Source: Bacteroidales bacterium (GTDB lineage: Bacteria; Bacteroidota; Bacteroidia; Bacteroidales; UBA932). From it: a stretch of DNA of 64,000 bases. A program made the position numbers and the translations under genes. This document shows, piece by piece, positions 21,601 to 30,727 of this stretch; positions within the stretch are counted from its first letter, which is position 1, and the number at the start of each line of letters is the position of its first letter. The notes beneath the pieces were generated by a model that was not told where the DNA came from, made no database searches, and was given only the letters and a program-made list of their open reading frames with translations. The stretch covers positions 6,899 to 70,898 of the forward strand of contig JAVBQY010000003.1 in the NCBI GenBank assembly GCA_031548545.1. Reading direction: 5' to 3'.

Positions 21601-21761
21601 TCATTCGTAACGGCGTAGGTAGAAGTGCCCTTCACCTGCACACTAACACCTACCAGGGGAGTGTCATCGATCTCCGAGGAAACGCGCCCCTTGATAATGC
21701 TCACCTGCGCGTTCGCCACTATGGCAAAACAACACATTAGACAGATTAAAACTTTTTTCAT
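18651..21761 (-). CDS. susC: SusC/RagA family TonB-dependent outer-membrane transporter
   Basis: 1036 aa. Signal peptide, carboxypeptidase-regulatory-like N-domain (IKGRVSS..D.PLVGVSVQVKGT), TonB plug (VVVGYGVQKK...IRIRG), terminal beta-strand LSFGVNLGL. Confidence 0.95.
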   Translation of the reverse strand: MKKVLICLMCCFAIVANAQVSIIKGRVSSEIDDTPLVGVSVQVKGTSTYAVTNESGEFSVNAPLGKTLVFTSMGYSTKEVVATQNTVNVSLMENAVNLEELVVVGYGVQKKSVVTAAIGSVKSSDIENETPTRIENVLRGKVAGVNITQSSGQPGSGSTVRIRGIGTTGNSDPLYIIDGMQVGGGIDYLNPTDIASIEVLKDAASAAVYGTRGANGVILVTTKSGSQGPVRLTYDFSYGWQNPWKQRAVLDAFEYQTLMNEMNINDGKAPIYPDPTNYKHNTNWQDEVFNYNAGIQNHQIGISGATEKNNYYISFGYLTQDGIVGGNYGRSNYDRMSIRLNNSYTMFDKSSERDYLRKAVIGVNASYAHINSTGIGTNGVFGEALGNALMLSPLVPVYADDPSATLAAHPTAVKDKNGRVYELPGSTYNEIVNPVAMMNLPASKNWSDKFVSSFYGEIELYKGLKFKSSFGVDLAFWGNDGHSPQFYLGQSNKNEKSEVWSSSNRGLDWQWENTLSYTNTIADKHNFSVLLGQSAREYNGRNVSGGSYDLLSDDPSKANIDFTKTPNGQRNAGGSAFDRYALVSYFGRLSYNYDERYMVEFTLRRDGSSRFGANNRFAYFPSVSLGWNVTNERFMQDRPEWFSYLKIRGSWGKNGNDAIGNYRYTVTMNSGNNYIFGSGANGSETIVTGVKPNGISNPDIKWEATAQTDIGLDARFFNNALTFSIDYYNKKTEGMLIEVPIPTYVGDSKPIGNVGDMTNQGVEMDLGYRFNVGDLNVGLSANATYLKNTLNNLGNESGYNNADSHNQVGTISRDENGYPYHFFYGLRTAGLFQTQAEVDAYVNQNGGKIQPNAVAGDVRFIDLNGDGKISDDDRTMIGNFFPKWTYGFTIDLAWKGIDLNAFFQGVAGSDIYDVTRRLDLASVNLPGYMIDRWTGPGTSNSTPRLSFVDPNGNWKSSDLYVQNGSYLRLKSLQIGYTLPKNITKKFFVEKLRVYFMAENLLTFTGYRGFDPEMSNGIDKGVYPQSRTLSFGVNLGL

Positions 21762-21799
21762 AGGTTACTTTTATTAATTATTTTAGGTAAAACAGTGTG

Positions 21800-21807
21800 C
21801 AAAAATA
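21800..21807 (-). promoter_or_regulatory. -7 promoter box (TATTTTTG on the minus strand) for susC
   Basis: The plus strand reads CAAAAATA. It lies 39 nt upstream of the susC ATG at 21761. Confidence 0.45.
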
Positions 21808-21836
21808 ATAATAATTTAACAACTAACAAATTCTTA

Positions 21837-21851
21837 GTGTCATTTTCACAC
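21837..21851. promoter_or_regulatory. Candidate operator: inverted repeat GTGT-N7-ACAC (GTGTCATTTTCACAC)
   Basis: Lies ~30-45 bp upstream of the susC -7 box. It has the same half-sites and spacing as the second site at 21947-21963. Confidence 0.3.
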
Positions 21852-21929
21852 GATTTTTTTAATACAAAAAATAATTCTATAACATACTCTAAATTAGGAT
21901 AACTATTTTTGCATATAGAAAATAATAAC

Positions 21930-21937
21930 TATATTTG
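21930..21937 (+). promoter_or_regulatory. -7 promoter box TATATTTG for the GH30-GH16-GH3-GH3-GH5 operon
   Basis: TAnnTTTG match 66 nt upstream of the GH30 ATG at 22003. Confidence 0.5.
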
Positions 21938-21946
21938 TCCGGGTAT

Positions 21947-21963
21947 TGTGTTAAAATCACACA
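21947..21963. promoter_or_regulatory. Candidate operator: inverted repeat TGTGT-N7-ACACA (TGTGTTAAAATCACACA)
   Basis: 5-bp perfect arms. It begins 10 nt after the -7 box, so it covers the expected transcription start of the GH operon. Confidence 0.35.
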
Positions 21964-22002
21964 TCTGTATACGGCTTAACATTTTCTTTACACCTTAATA
22001 CT

Positions 22003-23451
22003 ATGTTTAAAAACAGAGCGCTCATAAAAACACTATTCATCGGCAGCTTAGCCTGTATTTTATTACAATGCTCAAAATCAGATCCTTATCCAGGCCCCAC
22101 ACCAGGTCCGAACCCGGATGACGAAAGTGGGATTATAGAGACTTATTTGACCTCCGGAGACCAGAAAAATTTACTTAAGCGGCTAAGCCCCATTAAACCC
22201 GGCGGACGCCTGTCCAGTTTTAACGTTGTATTGGACTCTACGACCTTGTATCAGGAAATGGATGGCTTCGGCGCTGCTTTAACCGGCTCTTCGGCCTATT
22301 TACTTAAAAACATGTCGAGCAGCAAACGGGCGGAGCTATTGCAAAAGCTGTTCAACCCATCCAATGGGATAGGTATGAGCTATTTGCGACTCACCATAGG
22401 ATCGTCAGATTTTTCTTTAGGCAACTACTCTTATTGTGATACGGACGATATTAAGCAATTTGATATCCCTGCTACAGACAGGCGCGACCTGCTGCCTGTA
22501 CTCAAAGAGATATTGGCCATCAAACCCGACATCAAAATACTAGGAAGCCCCTGGAGCGCCCCGGCATGGATGAAACAAAACAATAGTATGAACGGGGGGC
22601 GCCTGATCTCTACTCCCGAAACATATACCGCCTTTGCCGAGTATCTGGTGAAATATATCCAAGCCTTTGCACAGGAAGGAATCACCATTGACGCCATTAC
22701 CCTCCAGAATGAACCGCTGCATGAAACCGGCGGTTATCCGACCATGAAAATGGAGTGGGAAGAACAGAATGAAATTATCAAAAACTACCTGGGACCGCGT
22801 TTTGTATCCGAAAATATTAAAACAAAGATCATTATCTACGACCATAACTGGGATATGTGGTCTTATCCCAACAATATCTTAAAGGATCCAGTAACCCGGA
22901 CCTTTGTTGACGGCTCCGGCTTCCACGGCTATGGCGGCACCTACCCGACCATGGGCAGCCTGCACGATATGCATCCCGATAAAGGACTCTACTTCACGGA
23001 GCAATCTGCCGGCGGATGGGGCGAAGGCTTTGCCGGCGACCTTAAATGGCATTCCGAGAACATATTCACCGGCCCCATCAACAACTGGTCTAAAAATGTA
23101 TTGATGTGGAACCTGGCCCTCAACCCGCAAAGCGGGCCCACCAACGGAGGCTGCACGAACTGCCGCGGCGTGGCCACCATCTCCGGCGACGCCTATACCT
23201 TTAATGAAGAATATTACATTATCGGCCATTTCTCCAAATTCATCCGCAAAGGCGCCCAACGTATCAAATACAGTATTAACGGCAATTACACTTCTTTCTT
23301 TTGCTCCGCCTTCCTTAACACCGACGGCAGTAAAGTCTTATTTGCAGCCAATAACAGCAATAGCGCGCAAAACTTCAACGTACGCTGCGGTAACCGTGAG
23401 TTCAATTATATCATCCCGGCCGTAGCCGTTGTAACATTCACCTGGAAATAA
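22003..23451 (+). CDS. Glycoside hydrolase family 30 (beta-1,6-glucanase/glucosylceramidase-like)
   Basis: 482 aa. Lipoprotein-like signal ...LACILLQCS. Motifs GFGAALTGSSAYLL, LRLTIGSSDF, WSAPAWMK, acid/base LQNEP, nucleophile region YFTEQS. Confidence 0.88.
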   Translation: MFKNRALIKTLFIGSLACILLQCSKSDPYPGPTPGPNPDDESGIIETYLTSGDQKNLLKRLSPIKPGGRLSSFNVVLDSTTLYQEMDGFGAALTGSSAYLLKNMSSSKRAELLQKLFNPSNGIGMSYLRLTIGSSDFSLGNYSYCDTDDIKQFDIPATDRRDLLPVLKEILAIKPDIKILGSPWSAPAWMKQNNSMNGGRLISTPETYTAFAEYLVKYIQAFAQEGITIDAITLQNEPLHETGGYPTMKMEWEEQNEIIKNYLGPRFVSENIKTKIIIYDHNWDMWSYPNNILKDPVTRTFVDGSGFHGYGGTYPTMGSLHDMHPDKGLYFTEQSAGGWGEGFAGDLKWHSENIFTGPINNWSKNVLMWNLALNPQSGPTNGGCTNCRGVATISGDAYTFNEEYYIIGHFSKFIRKGAQRIKYSINGNYTSFFCSAFLNTDGSKVLFAANNSNSAQNFNVRCGNREFNYIIPAVAVVTFTWK

Positions 23452-23464
23452 ATTCTTATCAACT

Positions 23465-24322
23465 ATGAAAAACCTGTATTACATTCTGTTATTGTGCCCC
23501 CTCTTCCTGTCTTTCACCTGCGTATCCTGTGTCAGTAAAGACAAATCGGACGGATCAAACCAACCTCCCATAATCACCGGCCCGGAAGAAGATCCGGATG
23601 CCGGAAAAACCTACCAGCTGGTATGGAGTGATGAATTCGACTACCATGGCCTCCCCGACAACCGGAAATGGTGGTATGAAACCGGCGCCCACGGTTGGGG
23701 CAATAATGAACTGCAAAATTATGTTGCCGGCGCTTCCGGCACGGATACCAGTGCGCTTGTATCTAACGGCACACTAAAAATTATCGCGCAAAAGCAAGGG
23801 AGCCAGGTTATCTCGGTCCGCATGAATACAAATGAAAGTTGGACTTACGGCCGGTTTGAAGCGCGGCTCAAATTACCGGCCGGCAAAGGCACCTGGCCGG
23901 CATTCTGGATGATGCCTAAAAATTTCCAAAGCTGGCCCGAGGATGGTGAGATTGATATTATGGAAGAAGTGGGGTATCGCCCGAATTATATTTCCTCGTC
24001 CATCCATTGTTTAGCTTATTACCATAAAGTAGGCACGCAAAAGACAGCGGAACGATTTATAGCTACGGCCCAAAGTGATTTTCACGTTTATGCGGTGGAG
24101 TGGACCCGCAATTATATCTACGGCTTTGTTGACGGCGTGCGTTATTTCACCTTTTTGAATGACAAAAGCAACAACAAAAACACCTGGCCCTTCAATGCGC
24201 CTTTCTACCTAAAACTCAACCTGGCCTGGGGGGGAGACTGGGGCGGTGCACAAGGCCTGGACGAAACAGCCCTGCCGGCCACCTATGAAATTGATTATGT
24301 AAGGGTCTATCAAAAACAATAG
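23465..24322 (+). CDS. Glycoside hydrolase family 16 laminarinase (endo-beta-1,3-glucanase)
   Basis: 285 aa with signal peptide. WSDEFDY, GWGNNELQNY, YGRFEARLKLP.GKGTWPAFWMM, catalytic ExDxxE as GEIDIMEE. Confidence 0.92.
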   Translation: MKNLYYILLLCPLFLSFTCVSCVSKDKSDGSNQPPIITGPEEDPDAGKTYQLVWSDEFDYHGLPDNRKWWYETGAHGWGNNELQNYVAGASGTDTSALVSNGTLKIIAQKQGSQVISVRMNTNESWTYGRFEARLKLPAGKGTWPAFWMMPKNFQSWPEDGEIDIMEEVGYRPNYISSSIHCLAYYHKVGTQKTAERFIATAQSDFHVYAVEWTRNYIYGFVDGVRYFTFLNDKSNNKNTWPFNAPFYLKLNLAWGGDWGGAQGLDETALPATYEIDYVRVYQKQ

Positions 24323-24327
24323 TTACA

Positions 24328-26541
24328 ATGAAGCAGTTATATTTATTCTTAGCCTTATTATTCCCCCTGTCATTAGCCGGGCAGTTGGCATCCGAAGCGC
24401 AACGCATCGAAGCCTTGCTTTCAAAAATGACCCTGGAAGAAAAAATCGGCCAGATGAATCAATTGAGCCACGACAGCAATATGGAGGCCGAACTCAAAGC
24501 CGGAAGAATAGGCTCTATACTCAATGTGGTCGGGGCGGAAGAAGTCAACCGCCTGCAGAAGATAGCGGTGGAAGAAAGCCGGCTGGGCATTCCGCTGATT
24601 ATCGGCCGCGATGTGATTCACGGTTTTAAAACAATATTCCCTATTCCTATCGGACAGGCGGCCTGTTTCGACCCCGCCATAGTGGAAGAAGGAGCGGCGA
24701 TAGCCGCTGCCGAAGCGCGCTCGGCAGGCATACACTGGACCTTTGCGCCTATGCTTGACATTTCACGGGATCCGCGCTGGGGCCGCCTGGCCGAAGGCCT
24801 GGGGGAGGACCCCTACCTGGGCAGCGTACTGGGCAGCGCCATGGTGCGCGGATTTCAGGGCAAGAAACTGTCTGACAGCACCTCTATCGCCGCCTGCATC
24901 AAGCACTTTATAGGCTATGGCGCTGCAGAAGGCGGACGTGACTACAACAGCACCAATATACCGCCGCATCTCCTGCGCAATGTGTATATGCGACCATTCA
25001 AGGCCGCTGTAGAAGCCGGCGCCGCCACACTCATGACCTCCTTCAACGACAATGACGGTATTCCGGCCTCCGCCAATAAATTTTTACTTACGGATGTACT
25101 GCGCAATGAGTGGAAGTTCGATGGCTTTGTGGTATCCGACTGGGCTTCTGTCACCGAAATGATCAGCCACGGCTCATGCGCTGATCCGAAGGATGCCGCC
25201 ATGCAATCCGTAAATGCAGGTATGGACATGGAAATGGTGAGCAGGGCTTTTATCAATCACCTCCCGGAACTCATTAAAGAGGGTAAGGTGTCCGAAGCAA
25301 GTATTGATAACGCCGTGCGTAATATCCTGCGCATCAAATTCCGGCTGGGGCTCTTTGACAAGCCCTATGTAAATACCGAAGGCAACCCGGTATTCTATGC
25401 CGCAGCACACCTGAAAGCCGCACAAAAAGCAGCCGAAGAATCAGCCGTACTCCTCAAGAATAATGGCGTCCTTCCGCTCAAGGCGTCCATCAAATCCATA
25501 GCGGTAACAGGCCCTATGGCCGATGCGCCGCACGACCAGCTCGGCACCTGGGTATTCGATGGTGAAAAACAGCATACTGTTACCCCCCTGGCCGCCCTGC
25601 GCGAGCTATACGGCAAGCAGACACACATCCTTTACGAACAAGGGGTGGCGTACAGCCGCGACAAAAGCAGTAATGGCATTGCCGCCGCCGTAAAGGCCGC
25701 CGAAAAGGCCGATGTAGTGCTTGCATTTGTCGGTGAAGAGGCTATTCTTTCCGGAGAGGCCCATTCTTTGGCCGAAATTAAACTGAAAGGCGCACAACAA
25801 GCCTTAATCAATGCACTAAAAGCAACCGGCAAACCACTGGTAATCGTAGTGATGGCCGGCCGGCCCTTAGACATACGGGAGGAGTTAAAGGCTGCAGACG
25901 CCCTGCTATACAGCTTCCACCCCGGCACCATGGGTGGGCCCGCACTGGCCAATCTGCTCTCCGGCAAGGTCGTGCCCAGCGGAAAATTGCCCATGACCTT
26001 CCCTAAGGAAGTTGGACAAATCCCTTTATACTACAATCACAACAGAACCGGACGCCCCTTCCGCGGCAACGAAACAATGATAGACGATATCCCGCTCGAA
26101 GCCGGACAGACCTCTTTGGGTAATAGCAGCTATTACCTGGACGCCGGCGCCGGCCCCCTCTTCCCCTTCGGTTTCGGACTGAGCTACAGCACCTTTGAAT
26201 ATTCCGATTTAAGGCTCGACAAAACGGACCTCCGCCAGGGCGAAAGCCTGAGAGCCAGCGTCACGCTGAAAAACACAGGTAACTATGCGGCTACGGAAGT
26301 CGTACAACTTTATGTACGCGACCTTGTAGGTTCGATTGCACGCCCGGTCAAAGAGTTAAAGGGGTTCCGACGCGTGAGCCTAAAAGCCGGAGAAGCTGTA
26401 CGTGTAACCTTTAATCTGCAGGCAGACGACCTGGCTTTTTACGGGCTTACAATGCAGGAAACCACAGAGCCCGGCGCCTTCAAATTATGGATAGGCGGAG
26501 ACAGTAATGCCGCATTAGAAACAGTATTCACTCTAAAATAA
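24328..26541 (+). CDS. Glycoside hydrolase family 3 beta-glucosidase
   Basis: 737 aa. MTLEEKIGQM, GRDVIHG, KHF.GYG, nucleophile region FVVSDWAS, C-terminal Fn3-like domain (EVVQLYVRD). Confidence 0.93.
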   Translation: MKQLYLFLALLFPLSLAGQLASEAQRIEALLSKMTLEEKIGQMNQLSHDSNMEAELKAGRIGSILNVVGAEEVNRLQKIAVEESRLGIPLIIGRDVIHGFKTIFPIPIGQAACFDPAIVEEGAAIAAAEARSAGIHWTFAPMLDISRDPRWGRLAEGLGEDPYLGSVLGSAMVRGFQGKKLSDSTSIAACIKHFIGYGAAEGGRDYNSTNIPPHLLRNVYMRPFKAAVEAGAATLMTSFNDNDGIPASANKFLLTDVLRNEWKFDGFVVSDWASVTEMISHGSCADPKDAAMQSVNAGMDMEMVSRAFINHLPELIKEGKVSEASIDNAVRNILRIKFRLGLFDKPYVNTEGNPVFYAAAHLKAAQKAAEESAVLLKNNGVLPLKASIKSIAVTGPMADAPHDQLGTWVFDGEKQHTVTPLAALRELYGKQTHILYEQGVAYSRDKSSNGIAAAVKAAEKADVVLAFVGEEAILSGEAHSLAEIKLKGAQQALINALKATGKPLVIVVMAGRPLDIREELKAADALLYSFHPGTMGGPALANLLSGKVVPSGKLPMTFPKEVGQIPLYYNHNRTGRPFRGNETMIDDIPLEAGQTSLGNSSYYLDAGAGPLFPFGFGLSYSTFEYSDLRLDKTDLRQGESLRASVTLKNTGNYAATEVVQLYVRDLVGSIARPVKELKGFRRVSLKAGEAVRVTFNLQADDLAFYGLTMQETTEPGAFKLWIGGDSNAALETVFTLK

Positions 26542-26556
26542 GTACACAAGCCAAGC

Positions 26557-28863
26557 ATGAAAAAAAGTATTCTAATCGTTTTAAGCACGCTGCTGCTCAT
26601 TGCCTGCTCGACCGGCACGCAAAGCGGGAACAAGGAGATTGCACGCAAAGTAGACCAACTGCTTCAGGAAATGACCCTGGAGGAAAAGGTAGGACAGATG
26701 GCGCAAATCACCCTTGATGTGGTCACCAAAGGTCCGGACCGCTACTCCAGCGACGAACCGGTGGTCTTAGACCAGGAACAGTTGCGGCACGCCCTTACGC
26801 AATATCATATAGGTTCTATACTGAATACGGCCAACAACCGGGCGCGCACACCCGAAACCTGGGGCAAAATCATCGGTGATATCCAACAGGTGGCTACCCA
26901 GGAAACACGGATGAAGATACCGGTAATCTATGGTATTGACGCCATACACGGTGTCACTTACTCTGCCGGCAGCACCCTGTTCCCCCACGAACTGGCCCTG
27001 GCGGCCACCTGGGACCCCACGTTCGGCTACACGCTGGGAGAGGTCACGGCTTATGAAACCCGCGCCTGCAATATTCCCTGGAATTTCTCACCGGTACTGG
27101 ACCTGGGCGCCGACCCGCGCTATTCGCGCCTTGCCGAAGGCATGGGCGAAGATCCGTACCTGATCAGTCGTTTCGGAGAACAGATCATCAAAGGATATGA
27201 AGGCAAAGACAATAATATTGCGGATCCTTACCATGTAGCCTCCTGCATGAAACACTTCCTGGGCTATGCCGTACCGACTTCCGGGAAAGACCGCACACCC
27301 GCCTATATCCCCGATTATGTCCTGCGGGAATATCATTTACCGTCTTTCAAGGCAGCCATTGAAGCCGGCGCCCATACCATCATGATCAATTCGGGCGTAA
27401 TCAACGGTATTCCCGTACACGCCAATTATGCCTTACTCGTTAGCCTGCTCCGCGAAGAGCTGGGATTTCAGGGCCTGATCGTGAGCGACTGGGGGGACAT
27501 TGAGAACCTGTATAAACGCGACCTGGTAGCGGCCAACAATAAAGAAGCCGTTAAGATGGCCGTCAATGCCGGGGTAGACATGTCCATGATTACCTATAAT
27601 TACGAGGCGTTCTGCGATGACCTGGTGGCCCTGGTCAATGAGGGGGAAGTATCCATGCAACGTATCAATGAAGCGGTCGGCCGTATTCTTACCTTGAAAT
27701 ACGAACTGAATCTCTTTGAACGCCCCACGGTAGACTATAAGGATTATCCGCATTACGGCAGTATGGAACATGCACGCAAGGCCTATGAGGTAGCCGCCGA
27801 AGCCATTACCCTGTTAAAGAATGACGACAAAGTGCTCCCGCTTAAAAAGAGCGCCAAAATATTGGTAACCGGTCCTGCCGCCAACGCTATGCGGCCGCTC
27901 AACGGCTGCTGGAGCTACTCATGGCAGGGACAATTGGCCGATGAGTTTGCCGGTGAATACAACACCATCTTTGAGGCCATGCAAAACAAGATCGGCAAGA
28001 ATGCGGTCTGGATACCCGGCGTGAGCTACGGGCAAGAGATAGATTACCGCGTAGAAAACAAAGACCGTTATGAAGAAGCGCTCCGCAGCGCCCGGCAGGC
28101 CGATTATATCCTGTTGTGCATCGGTGAAAACTCTTACGCCGAAAAACCCGGTGATGTGGCCGACCTGACGTTAAGCAAACTACAGCTACAATATGCTAAA
28201 GACCTGCTTAAAACAGGCAAACCGGTGGTCCTGGTACTGGCCGAGGGACGTCCCCGTATCATACGGGAGATCGTGCCTGAGAGTAAGGCCATACTCATGG
28301 CCTACTGGCCAGGCAATTACGGCGGAGACGCGCTGGCAGACATTATTTTCGGGGAGGTAAACCCCTCCGGAAAATTACCCATCACCTACCCAAGCGCTGT
28401 CAACTCTTTGGTGGGTTACATTCATAAGCCGTCGGAAGAACAGGTAAAATCTGCCGGAATGTATAATTACGAAGGGGACTTCACCCCCGAATTCTATTTC
28501 GGCTACGGTTTAAGCTATACGACTTTTGAGTACAAAAACCTACGGCTGAGCACAGAACAGCTCAAGGCCGGAGAAAAACTGGAAATCAGCGTTGAGGTAA
28601 CCAATACCGGAGCTATGGCCGGAAAAGAGGTGGTACAGTTATACACCTCCGACCTGGTAGCCAGCATGACACCCGACATGCAACGCTTGCGGCGCTTTGA
28701 GAAAATACTGCTCCAGCCCGGCGAAACAAAAACGGTATGTTTCACCATAGATGCTACGGACCTGGCATTTGTAAACGCCAGGAATCAGTGGGTAACGGAA
28801 CCGGGCGATTTCAAAGTCCGGATCGGCAACAGCCCGCTTGAACAAATATTTTCTTATCAATAA
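26557..28863 (+). CDS. Glycoside hydrolase family 3 beta-glucosidase (second paralog)
   Basis: 768 aa. Lipoprotein signal LLLIACS. MTLEEKVGQM, GIDAIHG, KHFLGY, LIVSDWGD, EVVQLYTSD. Confidence 0.93.
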   Translation: MKKSILIVLSTLLLIACSTGTQSGNKEIARKVDQLLQEMTLEEKVGQMAQITLDVVTKGPDRYSSDEPVVLDQEQLRHALTQYHIGSILNTANNRARTPETWGKIIGDIQQVATQETRMKIPVIYGIDAIHGVTYSAGSTLFPHELALAATWDPTFGYTLGEVTAYETRACNIPWNFSPVLDLGADPRYSRLAEGMGEDPYLISRFGEQIIKGYEGKDNNIADPYHVASCMKHFLGYAVPTSGKDRTPAYIPDYVLREYHLPSFKAAIEAGAHTIMINSGVINGIPVHANYALLVSLLREELGFQGLIVSDWGDIENLYKRDLVAANNKEAVKMAVNAGVDMSMITYNYEAFCDDLVALVNEGEVSMQRINEAVGRILTLKYELNLFERPTVDYKDYPHYGSMEHARKAYEVAAEAITLLKNDDKVLPLKKSAKILVTGPAANAMRPLNGCWSYSWQGQLADEFAGEYNTIFEAMQNKIGKNAVWIPGVSYGQEIDYRVENKDRYEEALRSARQADYILLCIGENSYAEKPGDVADLTLSKLQLQYAKDLLKTGKPVVLVLAEGRPRIIREIVPESKAILMAYWPGNYGGDALADIIFGEVNPSGKLPITYPSAVNSLVGYIHKPSEEQVKSAGMYNYEGDFTPEFYFGYGLSYTTFEYKNLRLSTEQLKAGEKLEISVEVTNTGAMAGKEVVQLYTSDLVASMTPDMQRLRRFEKILLQPGETKTVCFTIDATDLAFVNARNQWVTEPGDFKVRIGNSPLEQIFSYQ

Positions 28864-28871
28864 GCCATACG

Positions 28872-30623
28872 ATGAAAAAACATTTCATATACTTATTATT
28901 TTTACTCCTTGCCACGACACAGTGCACGGAAAAAAAAGAGTTTTTACATGCCGAAGGTACACGCATCGTACATAAAGGCGAGAACGTATTGTTACGCGGC
29001 TTCGGCCTCGGCGGATGGGTGTTGCAGGAGCCCTATATGCTCCGGCTTTCCGGCATTGTAAACACCCAACAAGAGCTGAAAGACAGCATTGCAGCCTTGA
29101 TAGGCGATGAGCGTATGCAGGCATTTTACGAGGCCTGGCGGACCAACGGCATACAAAAACAGGACATAGACTCGCTGGCGGCCTGGGGCTTCAATTCCGT
29201 ACGCCTGCCCATGCATTATAATTTGTATACGCTGCCCATTGCGCAGGAACCCGTAGCCGGGCAACAAAGCTGGCTGGAGAAAGGATTTGCGCTTACCGAC
29301 AGCCTGCTGGCCTGGTGTAAAGCCAACCACATGTACCTGATGCTCGATCTGCATGCTGCCCCCGGCGGACAGGGCAACGACGTAGCCATCTCCGACGCCT
29401 CGGAACTTAGGTTATGGCAGAGTGAAGAGAATAAAACAAAGACCATCGCCCTGTGGCGTAAACTGGCCGAACGCTATGCCAATGAAGAATGGATAGGCGG
29501 CTATGATATTATCAACGAGCCCAACTATGGCTTTCAGGACCCGGAAGACCGCAACGGCCTGGCCGAGCAGGAAAATGCGCCGCTCCGGCAGCTGATGGTA
29601 GAGATCACCCGAGCGATTCGCGAAGTGGACACAAACCACCTGATCATCATCGAAGGCAATGGTTGGGGCAACAACTACAACGGCATATTCCCCCTATGGG
29701 ACAACAACATGGCTATCAGCTTCCATAAATATTGGAATTTCAATGACCCCTCTTCTATTGCTCATTTTTTGAAAATAAGGGAAGAACAAAACGCACCCTT
29801 ATGGATGAGCGAGTCCGGTGAAAACAGCAATGCCTGGTTCACCGATGCCATCCGCCTGTTTGAAGCCAATAATATCGGCTGGTGCTGGTGGACCTATAAA
29901 AGGATAGGCTTAGGCTGCCCCATGGAAATCATTGTTCCGGAAGGCTATAATAAGCTACTGGACTATTGGAGCGGCAAAGGCCCTAAACCTACGGCGGAAG
30001 AAAGCGTGGAGATACTGACCCGCCTGGCCGAAAACTACAAGATCAGCCATACTGTTTTTCACAAAGGGTATATTGACGCCTTAATCCGCCAGGCCGGCAG
30101 TGAGCAAAGCATAGCATTCAAACCGCACCTGCTGCCTGCACAGGGAACTTATGCGCTTTTTGCCTCGGATTATGACATGGGGCGCAGCGGCAGCGCTTAT
30201 CACGATAAGGATTCGGCCAATTACCGGGTATCGGACCCCAAACAGACCGGAGGCAACCGGGGACATCAATACCGCAATGACGGCGTAGATATCAGCCGCT
30301 CATCCAATGAAGGCGGCAACGGCTATTGCATCAGCTATACCGAAGGCGGAGAATGGTTACAGTATACGCTTCAAGCCGAGACGGAGGGCGAATACGCCCT
30401 TGCGGTGACTGTCGCCAGTCCGGAAGGCAAAGGAAGTATCCGTTTTACGATGAACGGCATTCCGGCCGGAAATGAAATATCCTTTGCTCATACCGGAGGT
30501 TATGACCATTGGAAATCATTTGAAGCCGGCCATGTCAAGGCCGTAAAAGGAGAAAATATTTTCAGGGTGTATATCGGCCGGGATGGCTTTAACCTGGAGC
30601 GCATAACCTTCAGCAGGCAATAA
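28872..30623 (+). CDS. Glycoside hydrolase family 5 with C-terminal CBM6-like carbohydrate-binding module
   Basis: 583 aa. GFNSVRLPMHY, DLHAAPGGQ, acid/base IINEPN, nucleophile MSESGEN. The C-terminal ~140 aa form a beta-sandwich (GEWLQYTLQAETEGEYALAVTVAS...FNLERITF) typical of CBM6. Confidence 0.85.
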   Translation: MKKHFIYLLFLLLATTQCTEKKEFLHAEGTRIVHKGENVLLRGFGLGGWVLQEPYMLRLSGIVNTQQELKDSIAALIGDERMQAFYEAWRTNGIQKQDIDSLAAWGFNSVRLPMHYNLYTLPIAQEPVAGQQSWLEKGFALTDSLLAWCKANHMYLMLDLHAAPGGQGNDVAISDASELRLWQSEENKTKTIALWRKLAERYANEEWIGGYDIINEPNYGFQDPEDRNGLAEQENAPLRQLMVEITRAIREVDTNHLIIIEGNGWGNNYNGIFPLWDNNMAISFHKYWNFNDPSSIAHFLKIREEQNAPLWMSESGENSNAWFTDAIRLFEANNIGWCWWTYKRIGLGCPMEIIVPEGYNKLLDYWSGKGPKPTAEESVEILTRLAENYKISHTVFHKGYIDALIRQAGSEQSIAFKPHLLPAQGTYALFASDYDMGRSGSAYHDKDSANYRVSDPKQTGGNRGHQYRNDGVDISRSSNEGGNGYCISYTEGGEWLQYTLQAETEGEYALAVTVASPEGKGSIRFTMNGIPAGNEISFAHTGGYDHWKSFEAGHVKAVKGENIFRVYIGRDGFNLERITFSRQ

Positions 30624-30680
30624 AATTCCGCAGGCCTTTTATGAATAACCACCGGTCCTGCCTTATTCAAAAATTTAATG

Positions 30681-30688
30681 TATATTTG
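30681..30688 (+). promoter_or_regulatory. -7 promoter box TATATTTG upstream of the MFS transporter
   Basis: TAnnTTTG match 40 nt upstream of the ATG at 30728. Confidence 0.45.
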
Positions 30689-30727
30689 CAGCATTAACCC
30701 TTGATAGAATCTTAAACAATTCATTTT

